The notes below the pieces were generated by a model. That model ran no database searches, was not told the origin of the DNA, and was given only the letters and a program-made list of their open reading frames with translations. This document shows, piece by piece, positions 1 to 13,113 of a stretch of DNA of 64,000 bases. The stretch lies in NCBI GenBank assembly GCA_028023455.1, contig JAQFVV010000003.1:13764001-13828000 (forward strand). Direction: 5' to 3'. The position numbers were made by a program, and so were the translations under genes. How positions within the stretch are numbered: the stretch's first letter is position 1; each line of letters starts with the position of its first letter. The stretch comes from Epiperipatus broadwayi (lineage: Eukaryota > Animalia > Onychophora).

Positions 1-1147
1 ATTAACAATATTTAGTTATATATCATAATAAAAAAGATAAATTAGTTTTTAGTGAGATTGCTAAAAGACAGAAGTTCTGGATGATAGATCAGTAGTAAAA
101 AGTATAAATAAAAGCAAACGATTCATATGAAATCAAAACAACATTCATCACCCCTCTAAAAACAACATCATTTTATCGCGACTGAAAGAAATATCTTTAT
201 TTTTTTTAAAAAAAATCTACTACGAGAAGAGTTCACAGAATGGAAAAGAAAGTTACAAAATGAAAGAAAAACAATGTATAGTGTATATTTAAAAAAAAAA
301 AGCTTCAACTTTATTCAACAAACAAAACATCCTCTTTATTTCCTTAAGGATTAGGGTTGGACAGGAAATCATTTATGGAATTTCCTGCTAATCTAAATCA
401 AGATTAAGCTAGTTCCAGAGGAACTCCTGTAACTACCTGACCACCACTCCTGTTAATACTAAATAGGATAATTCAAAACAAATTGTCAGTTAAGCAAAAT
501 AAATAACACATTTATATATGTTGAGTGCGTATGTGTGAGTGTAAATATAAACAAATCTTTACCTATATGAATAACCAACTTATAAAATGGTTTCGTGTTG
601 TAACGATTAGTCTATTCTCCTGACAAGTCCAGGAAGTGTGTGTTCAAATCCAGAGAAAGTTTATTTTATATAATTGTATATTTCCAATTTTTCCGAGAGC
701 GGTTCCATAGCCAATTCAATTTGTCATTCAATTATTGGTTGTTTTTGTATCATAAAATGTATCAAGTTTACAAATTTCAATGTTTTTTTTTTTTTTGTTT
801 ATTTACACTTTTTTTGGATAGCATATAATTGAAGTAGTGTGTATTACAACTTTATCGTAGTTTTCCTTTTAATTTTTTTCTTATAATTTTAATTCTAGCT
901 TAAAAACTTAAAATAAAACAATTTATCTAGACATTTTCATTATTCAGTTTATTTTTTTATTACAATATTTTTCAAAACAAGGTTAACTACAAGATTATTA
1001 AGATTAACAATGATTTGGAATCTGGAAATGAAAATAACAAAAATTTGGTTTGATTTGTTATATAATATATTAATTAATTCTAGTATAAGATTACAAATAG
1101 TAAAAAAATATAAAGTCTAGCTAGATGTTGTGATAGTTGTTAATTAT

Positions 1148-1269
1148 AAATCAGATTATTTTTTTTCATATGTCAAATGCGTTGACCAGGAAGCAAACCC
1201 GGGACAGCTGCTTAGAAGGCTGCTATGCTAACCACTAAGACATCAACGCTTGACAAATCAGATGATTTT
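1148..1269 (-). mobile_element. tRNA-Gly(TCC)-derived short SINE / retroposed tRNA pseudogene
   Basis: Minus strand 1178-1249 reads GCGTTGATGTCTTAGTGGTTAGCATAGCAGCCTTCTAAGCAGCTGTCCCGGGTTTGCTTCCTGGTCAACGCA, colinear with eukaryotic tRNA-Gly-TCC. It is followed by a TTTGACATATG tail and an A-run, with a ~15-bp TSD aaatcagat(t/g)atttt at 1148 and 1255. The T-loop is defective and the anticodon stem has an A-A mismatch. Confidence 0.85.
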
Positions 1270-2479
1270 GCCTCATTAATTATTATAAAAAAAATTTTTT
1301 TTTTGTTTAGTTAATGGTACTGTGTGATAAGTTAGTGATTATTTCCAAGTTGATTGTGTATAGTTATTTTTCATGGAACCAGTTATTAAAAAAAGAGGAC
1401 TGATTAAGTATTTGATTCAAAGTTTTTGTGAAGTGCTAAATTGTGGAAAACCAAATGATAATTACAATATTGTCTGATTAAGATAAAAATCATGGATAAG
1501 TAATTAAAAAATTAATGATTATATGCTCCAAATTCTGAATGGTATCTGGTATATCCCTTCACCTGCTTAGTGAATATTTTAGATATTATTATAGACATAT
1601 TTACAAAGTAACTTAGTTTCATTATTGAAAAATAATAAGTCTATCTTAAGCTTGTTTAAGTTATAATTCAGTATTTTCCAATAATAACATAAAAGGGGGT
1701 ATCAAAGTTTCCAAAACATTTAAAAACATTTTAAATTTTGCATTAAACAGTGCATGTAAGAAACTCACTGCAAAAATTATTGAGAAAATGTAAACTATTT
1801 TCATGGTTCAGAAGGACTTTTTAAATTATTACTTTACTAGTCACTTGAAAAACTCATTCATAATTAGAAGCTATATTGATAACTTATAAAAAGCTTATAT
1901 TTCAAGAGAAAAACTAAGTTGTTCATTTTATATAAATCTTTACTTTATGAAAACTTTTTTAAGAGAAAAAAATGAGTCAAATATTTAATTGTGTAATATG
2001 ATTGCAAATTTCAAAATTTTTCTGTGATAGTTTAATTTTTATTGAAAATATTTATTTTACTTTGGAAAAATAGTCTGTATTATATTTTTATATATTATTC
2101 AAGAATCAGAAACACATTTCAAATATGGAAATATTTATTCAGATTATGCAATAAATTAATTGTGGCTTGAATAAAATCAATTATGAATTAAGATATGAAA
2201 GGTGTTACTGACGCTTAAATATAAATTTGATATGTTTAATATGGTAGATGTTTGAAAGGATGAAATAATATATTTTATATGTTAGATTGGATCTTAAGAT
2301 GTAATTTTAAGTAAAAATGGGTTACTGCATTATTTTAATATATGGAAAAAAGAGAAATACGAATGAATTTAGAATTAATTTTAAGAAACTTAAAGTGATT
2401 AATGAAAAGAGCTTGGTTTATTAAAGAAATTCACCTCACAAATAATAAATAATTTGATAAGTAGTAGCTTGATAATTAA

Positions 2480-2700
2480 AAAGAGAGGTAAATGGTGGCT
2501 GCTATAGGGAAGGTATATTAGATCATAAAGAACCAAAAAATTCAAATGTATTATTCCAAGATCCAACACTATCCACTGATTAAAGCTGTAACTTGAATCT
2601 AGTCTGAGAATATTGAATAGGAAAACATTAGATAGGGATTTATTAAGCACTATCACCTGGCATCTATTAATTACTAAAGTTTACAGTAGGTGGCACTGGA
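2480..2700 (+). mobile_element. Old diverged copy of HHR-bearing repeat family A
   Basis: CTGATTA-AAGCTGTAACTT-GAATC-TA-GTC-TGAGAA (2576-2610) is followed by gatagggatttattaagcac. Upstream aaagaaccaaa..aaatgta matches the 39.9 kb copy. Confidence 0.65.
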
Positions 2701-5700
2701 GTGTGAAAAAATTATGCTGCTAAAACATATAAATAAACTGAAGTCATGTGATTTTTAATAAAAGATTTACAATATAAATTAATTAAAAGTTTAAATTAAA
2801 CAAACATTTCAATTATTAAAATAAAAATGATTAAGGATTAGTGCATGAACAACTGTGTGTGGATATGCATGTACATGCTTGGAAAAAGTAATGAGCTACA
2901 TAGCTTGGATTAAATCTTATTACTAGTTAAAAATAAAATAATTAATGTGTTACTAATTTTTGAAAAAATATAGATATTTAAAATATATGGAACTGCTTAA
3001 GATTCATTTGAATTTAGATATAGAAAAAAAATACAGAGTAGCAGAATTTATTTAATTAATGTTTAAGAATGAAAAAATAATTTATACTTTGTGATCATTA
3101 GTGCATACCCTTTGTGTATATTAATGCTGAATGCTTGTAGAATGATTAAAGAGATAAAATGCAGAATAGTGTATAAGTTTATGTTAAAGAAGAATATTGA
3201 TTGTAATTTAGCTACCTAACATTTGCAGTCAATGAACACATTTATTGTCAACATGACAGTTTATATGAATTGAAAGGATAATTTATTATGGTTTATATTT
3301 TTGCTATGGACAGTTAATGTGTCCTGCATCATAAGCTATATGGAAATAGTGAATTTAAAAGACTTGTAGTATTTGGAGAATGGTTTATTATATATCATGG
3401 CTTGAATAGTAAATCATTTTATTTAATGGATATTGTTTGATGACATGATTATGTTTGCATCTTTGTAATTTTATTAACTCTATCTATGATTAGTCATTCA
3501 ATGTGGATGATATAAATATATTTCAAGCAGATGACCTTACCAAGAAGTATGATATTAGTTTAGTATTAAGAGACTTTATGATGTATTTATAAAAAAGAAA
3601 TTCACTTCCAAATATTGAATCAAAATTTGCAAATGTATGCACATACAGGTTAATGTTTAAAAGAATGTGTATGATGTGTCTACAATATATTGTCAGTATT
3701 GCATTAGGGTAAATACAATAATAATCATTATCATTGTAACTGAATAGTTATGCATTTATTATGTTATAATTAGCTTAACCATTTAAAAAATCAAATTAAA
3801 TAATACAATAGTTAAATACCATTAAATATAATGTAATTAGATATTAAGAGTAAATTAATCAGTGTAAAGAAATATCTAAGAAAGATAGTTTGAGAATTGA
3901 AGATCAATTTAAAATTAACTGCTACAGAATAAAAGTAATATATTTTACATAATTAATAGATATTTTGGGGTAAATTAGAATATACTGAAACAATAAACAA
4001 ATGGTAAAATTGTATATAGCTTGTAAATGGTGCGTTATTATGTTTGTAAAATTAGAAATGTCTCAAAGGTTATCTAGACATAGCTTCATTAAATATGAAA
4101 CTCAGAAAGGCTCAACTTATGCTGGAAGATTTGCTAAATATAATGTCAGAGAAGAAATTGGAAGAAGATGAATAAAGAAGGCTCCAAGGAATGATATAAG
4201 TAGAGCAAACTAATTATTTATTTTTATTGTTAATAGTTCTGATAAATAACATTGTGATATATTTTCTAGGATAAGCAATGCTCACCCAAAGCAGTTATGA
4301 AGAATATATTTTAAGGGAGATTAGGCATCCAATTAAACCAGCAGCTAATTAATAAACAATAGATTATTCTTTTCTTATAGCATCTTTCCTTCAGCTTCAT
4401 TTCATGTTCACATTATAACAGCTGCAAAATATATTTACAGTATATATTATACATTTCAATTTCTTCATATTTAGACATCTCTCTCTCTCATTACATATTA
4501 TTTTAGGAATAAAACTAAACATACAAACCGAATCTAAATTTTTGCATTTATACTTGTAATAATTTTTTAAAAAGCAAATTAAGACTGTTTTTTAGAGTTA
4601 TTGTTAATTTTATAATTTTAAAAAAAAAAAAATCAAATATAAATGAGTAATAGTCCAGTGACAAATTATAAAGATTTCTGATGGATGCTCAAACTATCAT
4701 TTTAAGTTTTTAAATATGATATGACTCTGAATGAACCATTTGATTATGATTATCAGATTTAAAAACAAATTTAATAAGAGCGCTTAAAGTTACATATATT
4801 ATTATTTAAATCCTCTGACTAAAGACAGACTAAAGTAATTAAACAATAGGCTGCTATTATCAAGTGATAGCATATCAACCAGCACTCCATAATTTAATCT
4901 AGAAATATCAAATTTCCCAGCATCATCATAAAATGATGAAGAAAATAAGAGTTCATTTGCATTAGATATAAATCTGCAATGTAACTTAAACACTTTCAAA
5001 ATAATTTCTGAACAAATATATTTTTTTTTTTTTTAGAAAAACAATATCACATTTGAATGAACTCAACTTGCTGTTATAAATGTACACTTTTCTATTCATT
5101 TGTATTAAAAAAAACAACAACATTCCTCAGTAGCTAATATATATTTATGGCATTATATCTGTGATTACTTGATTTATAAATAGGAATTAAGTTAGAAGAT
5201 ATAAAAAAATCTGCAATATATATGCAAAGTAAAATACTAGTGTAAGGAAATTAAAAAAAAAAAAAGCTAATCATCTGACATTTATTTTCATCCATTGAAT
5301 TTTGTAACAGATTAAAATAAAAGAACAAATTTTAATTTTTTATTTATTTTTGGTTTAAAATTAAAATAAAATAATTTGCATTCATTAAAAACACATTTAC
5401 ACTTTTATTTTAAAAATGAAAGTAGTCAAGCAATACGTTTGACACTTCCTTCTGATATCCACTTATCACTTATATAGTCTGAAGTGAACACAAAAAAACT
5501 TATGGCTAACAAAGATTAAATGTAAGATAGAACAATTATGAGAAAAGTCAAAAATGCCTATAACTGCTTTTAAGCAGTTATTAAAATACATAGTTACCAA
5601 TCTCTTGTCAGTATTATGAAGCACAAAACAAATAAATAAGTTTGAGTTCAATACTTTGTAGAGTTTTAAAATATCAAGCCATTACCTCAAATTAAGTAGT

Positions 5701-5734
5701 ACAATATAAAATAAAAAGTGGTTACTGGATAATT

Positions 5735-6117
5735 ACAGTATAGTTACTATATTAAAATAGGCAAAACTCTCTCCATACAGTATGCTATTGAGCTTAAATT
5801 GAAAATATTTGTGTGTTTTCAATTTTATTCTCATAGTTTTGTAGAGATAAAAAGTGGTTTCTGGAGGATTGCATTAGATCCCGAGATCTAGGTGCAGTGC
5901 TCTCAGATCCAAGGCTCCTCACTGACGAAGGCCACAAGCCAGAAACTAGTTTGGGGATATTGGATGACTAGGCACTAGATAGGGATTTTATGCACAAGCC
6001 TTCTGACATCCATTGATTACTTTCTTGCTTTGAGTGACACTACTGTATGGAGAGAGTTTTGCTTATTTTAACAACAGTTATGAATAAGCATGGGAGATAG
6101 CGATATAATTACTATAC
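5735..6117 (+). mobile_element. HHR-bearing repeat family A copy with inverted 3'-end duplication (Penelope pLTR-like fold-back)
   Basis: Colinear with 40010-40295 and (inverted) 48080-48270. HHR at 5916-5957. aaaataggcaaaactctctccatacagta (5754-5782) is the inverse of 6041-6069. Confidence 0.85.
5916..5957 (+). ncRNA. Minimal type-I hammerhead ribozyme motif (family A; GTT triplet variant)
   Basis: tcctca-CTGACGA-a-ggc-cacaa-gcc-a-GAAAC-ta-GTT-tgggga. Helix I is tcctca/tgggga, helix II is ggc/gcc, and helix III is the palindrome ACTAGT. Confidence 0.75.
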
Positions 6118-8424
6118 TGCTCAAACAGTGTTTTCTCATCGAAAAAGTCAATAGGTGAAAAAGAAAAATGTCAGGCTCTGCTTGACATTACTATATGATT
6201 ACTCATGCTTCCAAAAATAGCTCCAAAAAAAAAAAAAAAGAAGAAAAGAATGAGTGAAGTTATTAAAGTTTTTATTAAAAAAAAAATTATATGGTTAATT
6301 ACTTGGGAAATCAAATAAAGTTCGAGCATTCAAATGGCAACTGGAGCAAAATTCCATTCAGTTGACCCAAAATGAATATTTTTTTCTTTTCTTAGTTGAG
6401 AATTGATTCAAAAACTTCTACCACCATGCATAATTGCAAAGCATAAATTTTTAATTTTACATACATATAAAAAGGAGCATTCAATAAATTTAATAAAATT
6501 TTAGCAAAAAAATAGTTTATATTTCTTGAAAGTTTCATTCTGAACTGACTTCTCTATATAATGATCTTTAGTAATAAACATATATCTCACTCTGTTGCAT
6601 TAACTTTTCAAGAAACTAAAGATCTGTAGTAGTGATCATGGGATATCAAAGTCAATTTGAAAACAAATATTGTTTTTTATTTACCACCATAAAATTCATC
6701 TTATCATAAACTTATATAAAATTAATGTGAATTACAGTTTTTGATATATTTTAATAGTCTTCTGTAACAACCATGGTGTCAGTAACTCACAATTTGGAAA
6801 AAAAATTTAAAGAAACACAAAAAATTAAAAATCGTTATATTTAAAATCATAATTTTTGTGACATATGCTGCATATTTATGAATCATATTTCAGCCAGCCA
6901 CTTCCCCGTATCACATAACCAACTACCTTGTTTAAAATGATGACAAATAACTTAATAGCAATTCTTTGTGATAAATTAAAAACAAATGATTTACTAATAA
7001 AGTATCTGATTGCTCTCTTACTTTTTCAATTTATTACTGCAATGTCTTTTTTATAACTTCATTATTCTATTTTTAAGTAATTACTTTTTTTTTTTTGGTT
7101 TTGATGTCTTAATGCGGATAATTTTTGAATTAAATTCTATCATTTATGCATACAATGTATATATGTTAAAAATGTATATTGTATAGGATTCAATAATATT
7201 AGGGATTAAAATCACCCATATGAAGACTTGCAATCAAATGTTAGCTGTGGATGTCAATTCAAAAAGGATGAAGTTGCTTTTCATTGGTCACACAATCATC
7301 ATGCTATCAATTATGACACAGCATATTAGGCATTAGTTACAATACTTCCAAGTACACACATTTTGATCAGAATACTGATAATAACCACCAGGATAGAATA
7401 AGATTGAACTCCATATTCATTTACAAGGTTAATATTCAATGTCAAATCAGAAAAGAAGATTACTTGCAAAGAATATAAAATTTATTTTTAACTTACAGTA
7501 TTCAAAAGATTTAGAATTTTTCTTTCTGGTAGCTGGTCCATAACTAACCAAGTCTAACATCCAACATTCACTGGTGAGTATTTGCTACCATACTAAAGGA
7601 TAAAGAAATCCACCCAAATTCTCACAATTCAGAAGACAAGTCTGGTGAGTACTGCATTCTTCTTCACTGATTCCTCTGTGAGAAGCTGTTAGTCAGAACT
7701 TTGCCTTGCAGAGGACTATTTATTAAAAATACTGTTTATCTTTTTTATCATAAAATATCTACAACTTTTCTCTATAATTATTATCCCCCCCCCCCAATGA
7801 TTCATCAATTCTGTAAAACGTGAGGATGAAACTTTTCGCATTCTCTTAAATGACTGCCCATTCTTTGTTTAGCTCAAACAAAATCGTCTATACTTTGAGA
7901 ATATTTTCAGATTCACCAATACATACTTGTCCTATAACCCTAAAAGAAATCAAAGCATGGAACAATTTTTTACCTTCATTCAGGAAAAAAAGAAAAAACT
8001 CTCACACATGAATGATGTACTAATTCACAATTAATGAGATAAATTTAATACTTCCCTTAAATAGCAGGTCCCTCACTCAAGAGATCACAAAAAAAAAAAA
8101 GTCACCCCACATAAAACAAAAATAACATATTAATAATTTTTATTAGTCATTCATTAGACTACCCATTAGACTAAAGATTATTCAATAATAAATAATATTT
8201 CTGTAGTGTAATTTTCACTACACCATGTCTTTGGTCTTATGTTTATGATTACATCCTTCCACAAGATATTAAAAGCAGATAGAAATTTGTCCCTATCTTA
8301 CGTGAATAGCATAGTGAAAATTACTACAGAAAGATGACAACATTTGATTAATCAATGAATGTTTAAAGTATTTTCTTAAGACAAAAAAGCCAATTAATCA
8401 AAGTTTTAATAGGTTCATACATTT

Positions 8425-9190
8425 AGATAACAATCAACTCTTAAGCTATCAATTATCTCAATCTGTAGTCAAGACAATCTCCTTTAACAATAAAGCTGCC
8501 ACTACTTTTATTTATGGTCTGATATATTTATATAGATACTAAGAATTGCAACTTGATCAAGGAGGGTGAGATTAATAATGCAAAGAAGTTTAAACAAACT
8601 TCATTAATCAGGTAAATGTAACCTGTTCTGAAAGCAGACTAATAAATAGTCAATTATAACTTCCAGATTCTGAAGGCAGAGTAATAGTTATTTATAAATT
8701 CCAAATTCTATATAACATATTTATTAAGATAATAAATAAAGTGAGATGATAATAATCAACATTTAAGTTATCAATAATCTCAACCTGTAATCAAAGCAAT
8801 CTCCTTTAACAATAAAGGTGGTATCATCTTTATTTATAATCTGATATATTTATATAGACACTAAAGATTGCAACTTGGTCAAGGAATGTGAGATTATAAG
8901 ATTAATAATGCAAAGAAATTTAAACAAACCTCATTAATCAGGCAAATATAACCTGTTCTGAAAGCAGACTAATAAATAATCAATTATAACTTCCAGATTC
9001 TGAAAGCAGAATAATAAATCATTATTTATAACTTTCAATTTCTATATTAAGTATATATTTACTAAGACAATTTCTTTGCATTATTAATCTCGCACTCCTT
9101 GATCAAATTGCAATTTTAGTGTCTGTACCACCTTTATTGCTAAGAGGTTACCTTGACTACAAGTTGAGATTATTGATAGCTTAAAGTATT
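8425..9190. repeat. Two tandem ~320-bp units plus an inverted partial third copy (unclassified)
   Basis: Units at ~8425-8720 and ~8750-9060 share e.g. caatctcctttaacaataaag and taacctgttctgaaagcagactaataaata. 9065-9190 is the reverse complement of the first part of the unit. Confidence 0.85.
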
Positions 9191-9399
9191 TTCTTCCAAT
9201 ATAAATCAATTTCTTTCAGTGCATTTATAATTTTGAATCCTTTCTGAGAAAACACAAATTGAGCAGTTAGAATGAATTGAAAAAAGAACATATAGTTAAA
9301 TATAAACCAATAAAACATCATATATCTTTAGCTTATATATTACTGTTTTAGTAGCATACTTTTCAACTTTCTTTTTGCCATTTAGTATACATTTTAGAA

Positions 9400-9560
9400 A
9401 GCAATGATGGTTGCCAGATGCCAGTGCTTAATAAATTCCTATCCTGTGTTTTCTTAACCAAAATCCTCAGACTAATTTCAGGCTTGTGGCTTTCATTAGG
9501 ATCTAAAACATCTTCCTTCCAGCTCTTATCATTTACTTTATGTTATTCTATCAAATTATC
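9400..9560 (-). mobile_element. Old diverged copy of HHR-bearing repeat family A
   Basis: Minus strand 9464-9500 reads cCTAATGA-AAGC-CACAA-GCCT-GAAAT-TA-GTC-TGAGGA, followed by gataggaatttattaagcactggcatctggca, homologous to the 2.6 kb and 5.9 kb copies. Confidence 0.7.
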
Positions 9561-10245
9561 AGCCCAAACTGAAAAACATGTAAATGTTTTTAATCTAAGC
9601 TGAAACTGTCTAGTTATTTCTATATATTATGGTGTTTTTAGTTTTTTAAGTACTGTCATTTGGAAATTATCACTGTCTTCTAAAGCTTACAATATATTTG
9701 GTAAATACAATTTTTAAATAATGCTATATTAAAACTAATGCCAACCATGCAGTCAATTAATTGAAGTTGCATTAAAATAAATAGACTAACTGCCATGATT
9801 GCTTATTGATAAATATGTTCTATACATACACATGAATAAGGTGGACAGAGAAGAGATTAAATGTTGTACTTTAATAATACAACACACATTGGATGAGAAA
9901 CAGATTTGAAGCAATAACAGTAAAATAAAAAATTTGAGCAAAAAAAATAACACTCCCCCCTTTCAGTTCATATAAAAAGCTGATACCCAGGAGAAACATT
10001 TCTTATTTTCATTTTCAGATTTTTAAATAGAAACTAAAATTTCTTCTTAGAAAATAATAAGTGAATGTTGTTATCTAGTTAAATATTACTAATTACATTA
10101 ATTAATTTATATTATCATATATTATAACACAACAAATATACAATCACTTTTTTCTTTAAAATATATATGTTCTCCAATAACATCAACAAATTAAAAAAAA
10201 AATTCTCCTTTTTCTTTTCAAAAACTTAATTTTTTTAAGTACTTT

Positions 10246-10399
10246 GGTAATAGAGCTGCGATGTTCACAACGACTCTTGAAACGATGATCGACGCTCACA
10301 ACAACTCTTGGAATGACGATCGACACTAGAGAGATAGGAGACTTATCTTCCCAGCGTCGTTCGTCATTCCAAGAGTCGTGGTGAACATCGCAGGTTACC
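10246..10399. mobile_element. Small MITE-like fold-back with GGTAA termini (Merlin-like ends)
   Basis: ggtaa..ctgcgatgttcacaacgactcttg is inverted to caagagtcgtggtgaacatcgcaggttacc. There is an internal 31-bp tandem duplication, and CpGs are retained. No TSD was found. Confidence 0.6.
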
Positions 10400-10940
10400 T
10401 GTTGACATTCGTATCAATCCACTGATGACTTTGTGACATCACCAAAATGATGTGTACATGACTCTTGAAAAACCAAAAAGGACGTGTTGGAGGTCAAAAA
10501 ATGAGTACATTCTAAAAAATAGTAACACATAATACAATGGGATTCAAAGACATATTGCAAGATTTTTAACAAAAAATGTAGTATATTGAAGCAGTCGGAT
10601 CTAAGTTCGATCCTAGATTCATGATATCTCACCTGAAGCTCACTTCAAACCCTTGTACTAACCTTGAATTTCTGATGCAATGGGGCTTTATACGTTCAGT
10701 CCACGCTAGTTTCCTTAAAGAAAAACTATTACATAAATGTATGTTAAAATTAACTCGTTTGAGATTTAAATTAATCATTTCTATTAATAAATTCATGAAT
10801 TTATATATATTATAACTGCGTGGATTGTGCATATATCTTTATAAATATTTAAATGTACATATTCGTTTTAAAGTTTCATTGCGTCGGGAATGTTTTATTT
10901 TACTTTAAATAGTTTGTTCAAATTTTTAGTGATTAAAAGC

Positions 10941-11139
10941 TACATTCTTTCGATAAGCTTTCAGATTGTCCCTTTCCAAAAACAATGGGTAAAGTTTTTA
11001 TTAATTAAAAAAAAAGATAAGTATTTAAAATGTAAGGACGGTCGCTAATTAAAATCATTTTTCTGATTTTAAAAATTCATTTTCTAATTAGAAAATGAAT
11101 TCAAGTTAATGAGTTTGAAAGCCTTATCGAAGGAATGTA
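10941..11139. mobile_element. Short MITE-like element with ~23-bp inverted ends
   Basis: tacattctttcgataagctttca is inverted to tgaaagccttatcgaaggaatgta, with TA at both outer ends. Confidence 0.5.
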
Positions 11140-11999
11140 TGTAAAAACAACTAGTAAATTTTTGTAAGATTGATAATGAAAGAAGCGCTCGCTTGAAGGC
11201 ATCAGAGGACAGATAAATAGCCCAGAAAAAGTTTCCAAGCAGCTATTATTCCTCATTAAGGGAAGCCATATATATATATCGTTAGAGAAGAAGCCGCCCA
11301 GTTAAATTATGAAGTAAAATAGTGTTTCTACCATGGTGGGGGGGCTTAACTTCAAGAGTCTGACTACGGTTCCTTAAGTCCCCTGAAAATCTTCAATGTG
11401 GCTGCAATATAAAAATTCATATACCCAATCGTAAGCTGCTGAAACCTTAGAAAAATCCATCAAAATGCTATTCACATAATTTTCAAAATGCGCGCATACG
11501 TTTCATCCAACTGAACTCTGCCCTGTGGAAACTCAGAAGCCAACCATGAAGAAATGGTAATATCTTTCCTTTTGAACCTGGCCAGTTCTGAACTTTAAGT
11601 TAAAACATCTTGAAGCTATATACTGTAAAATTGTCTTTTTATTAATGCTATTTTAAATTATGTAGTAATTCTCTATCTATCTCTAGTCTTTAAATTTAAT
11701 ATCTATTAACTTTCCTTTCTTACGATGGTGGTTCGTTTATTTAATCCTATTATATATTTGCTAGATGATTATTAATATAATTTATTTTTTATTATATGCC
11801 AATAATAACTTCAACTCGATAATAATTTCCTTTGTTGCATTTGCCGTGTTAAATAATATTATATTTATTTTTATAGTAATTCTTACCCACTAGAACTAAT
11901 TTGATACAGTTCTATTAATTTTCGAGTTGAAGGATTTATACAATTTTTCTATTTTATTAATGGCTTATAACAACAAATTATTAGCTCAATTTTTAACCT

Positions 12000-12900
12000 A
12001 TGTTCCTGGCCACTTTACTGAGTTTATAATATCTATTTATTCACATTAATATATTGTTTCGCAAAAAGGTCAATAAAGGAATTAAATGAATATATTCTAA
12101 TTCAAATTTTATACTTTCTATTAATATTCAGGAAGGGCATGGGATTTAGGGCATAATTAATATAATTTCTAATTGCATTAAATACTTTTTGATTAAAGCA
12201 TGTTTGACTTTAATTTAACTTGATCAGGTCATCACGTAGAGCACTCTTTATATAAATTGGGTTTTATTATTTAAATACGATGATTACCAAGTCCGAACGT
12301 TGCTGACGCGAGCCATCTCCTGTTTCATAGGCTTGTCCTCGGTGATATTTCTATTAGTTTAATTATCTAGGAAGAAAGCACTTCCTCCACTTGCTCATTT
12401 TTTTTATTATATTGGAACAGCAAAGGCTCGTGGCTACGACCCAGCCTGGTTCCCCTCATACTTAAATCACCAACCAGCCATCATATTTATCGTGTTCATT
12501 TTTATAGCTCATAAGTCGTCAGTACCATTTATTTCTCAGTTCCAGTAAAGCCCACTCTACTGCTCTTAAATCGTGATGAATTGATTTTATTAAAGTCGAA
12601 CAAATTCATATTTATTTATAATTAAGTAAGTTTTCTATTAAATATTAAAGTTATGCCCTAAATACGTATCTTGCTCTTTGTGAATTGATTTACGAATGTG
12701 AAAATAAATCTCACATTCTTTCCATTAGAATCAGAATAATAATTTCAGTCATAGCCAAATACCTTTATCTACCTTTAGTTACCTGTCAGGGCATAGACAT
12801 ATATAATCATCCTTGAATCTTGCGTAATAGTATTGGCATATAATAAGGACTGCCATTCTTATTGTAATTATAAATTCCGTTTAAAGACTAGAGGTAATCT
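12000..12900 (-). mobile_element. Heavily decayed RTE-like LINE RT remnant
   Basis: Frameshifted KQGDG-like and YxDD-like traces near 12230-12340 on the minus strand. Boundaries are approximate. Confidence 0.3.
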
Positions 12901-13113
12901 ATATAATCACAATCTAAAAGTTGAACAAAATTATAATTATTATTAAACATTTTATTAACACATTTGGTTTTTTTAACTTTTTTTATTCAAATTATTTTAA
13001 TATTAATGCTCACTGTCTGTATTGGCAACCTGAACATATATATATATATGAGTTGACTTATAAAGATTCTTAGTTATTTTATTATACTTTATAGAGTTAA
13101 ATCAAGGGTCTCA

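Noticed and set aside
1178-1249. Functional tRNA-Arg(TCT) or tRNA-Gly gene
   Set aside because: Broken T-loop, anticodon-stem mismatch, polyA tail, TSD and a sister copy all indicate a SINE.
4802-4999. 65-aa ORF with a possible acceptor (..FYDDAGKFDISRLNYGVLVD..)
   Set aside because: No recognisable motif, poor donor, and no similarity to the expected POC1 C-terminal region.
11430-11600. P-element-like transposase remnant (LPFLHGWLLS)
   Set aside because: A single short motif with no supporting TIR or further motifs.
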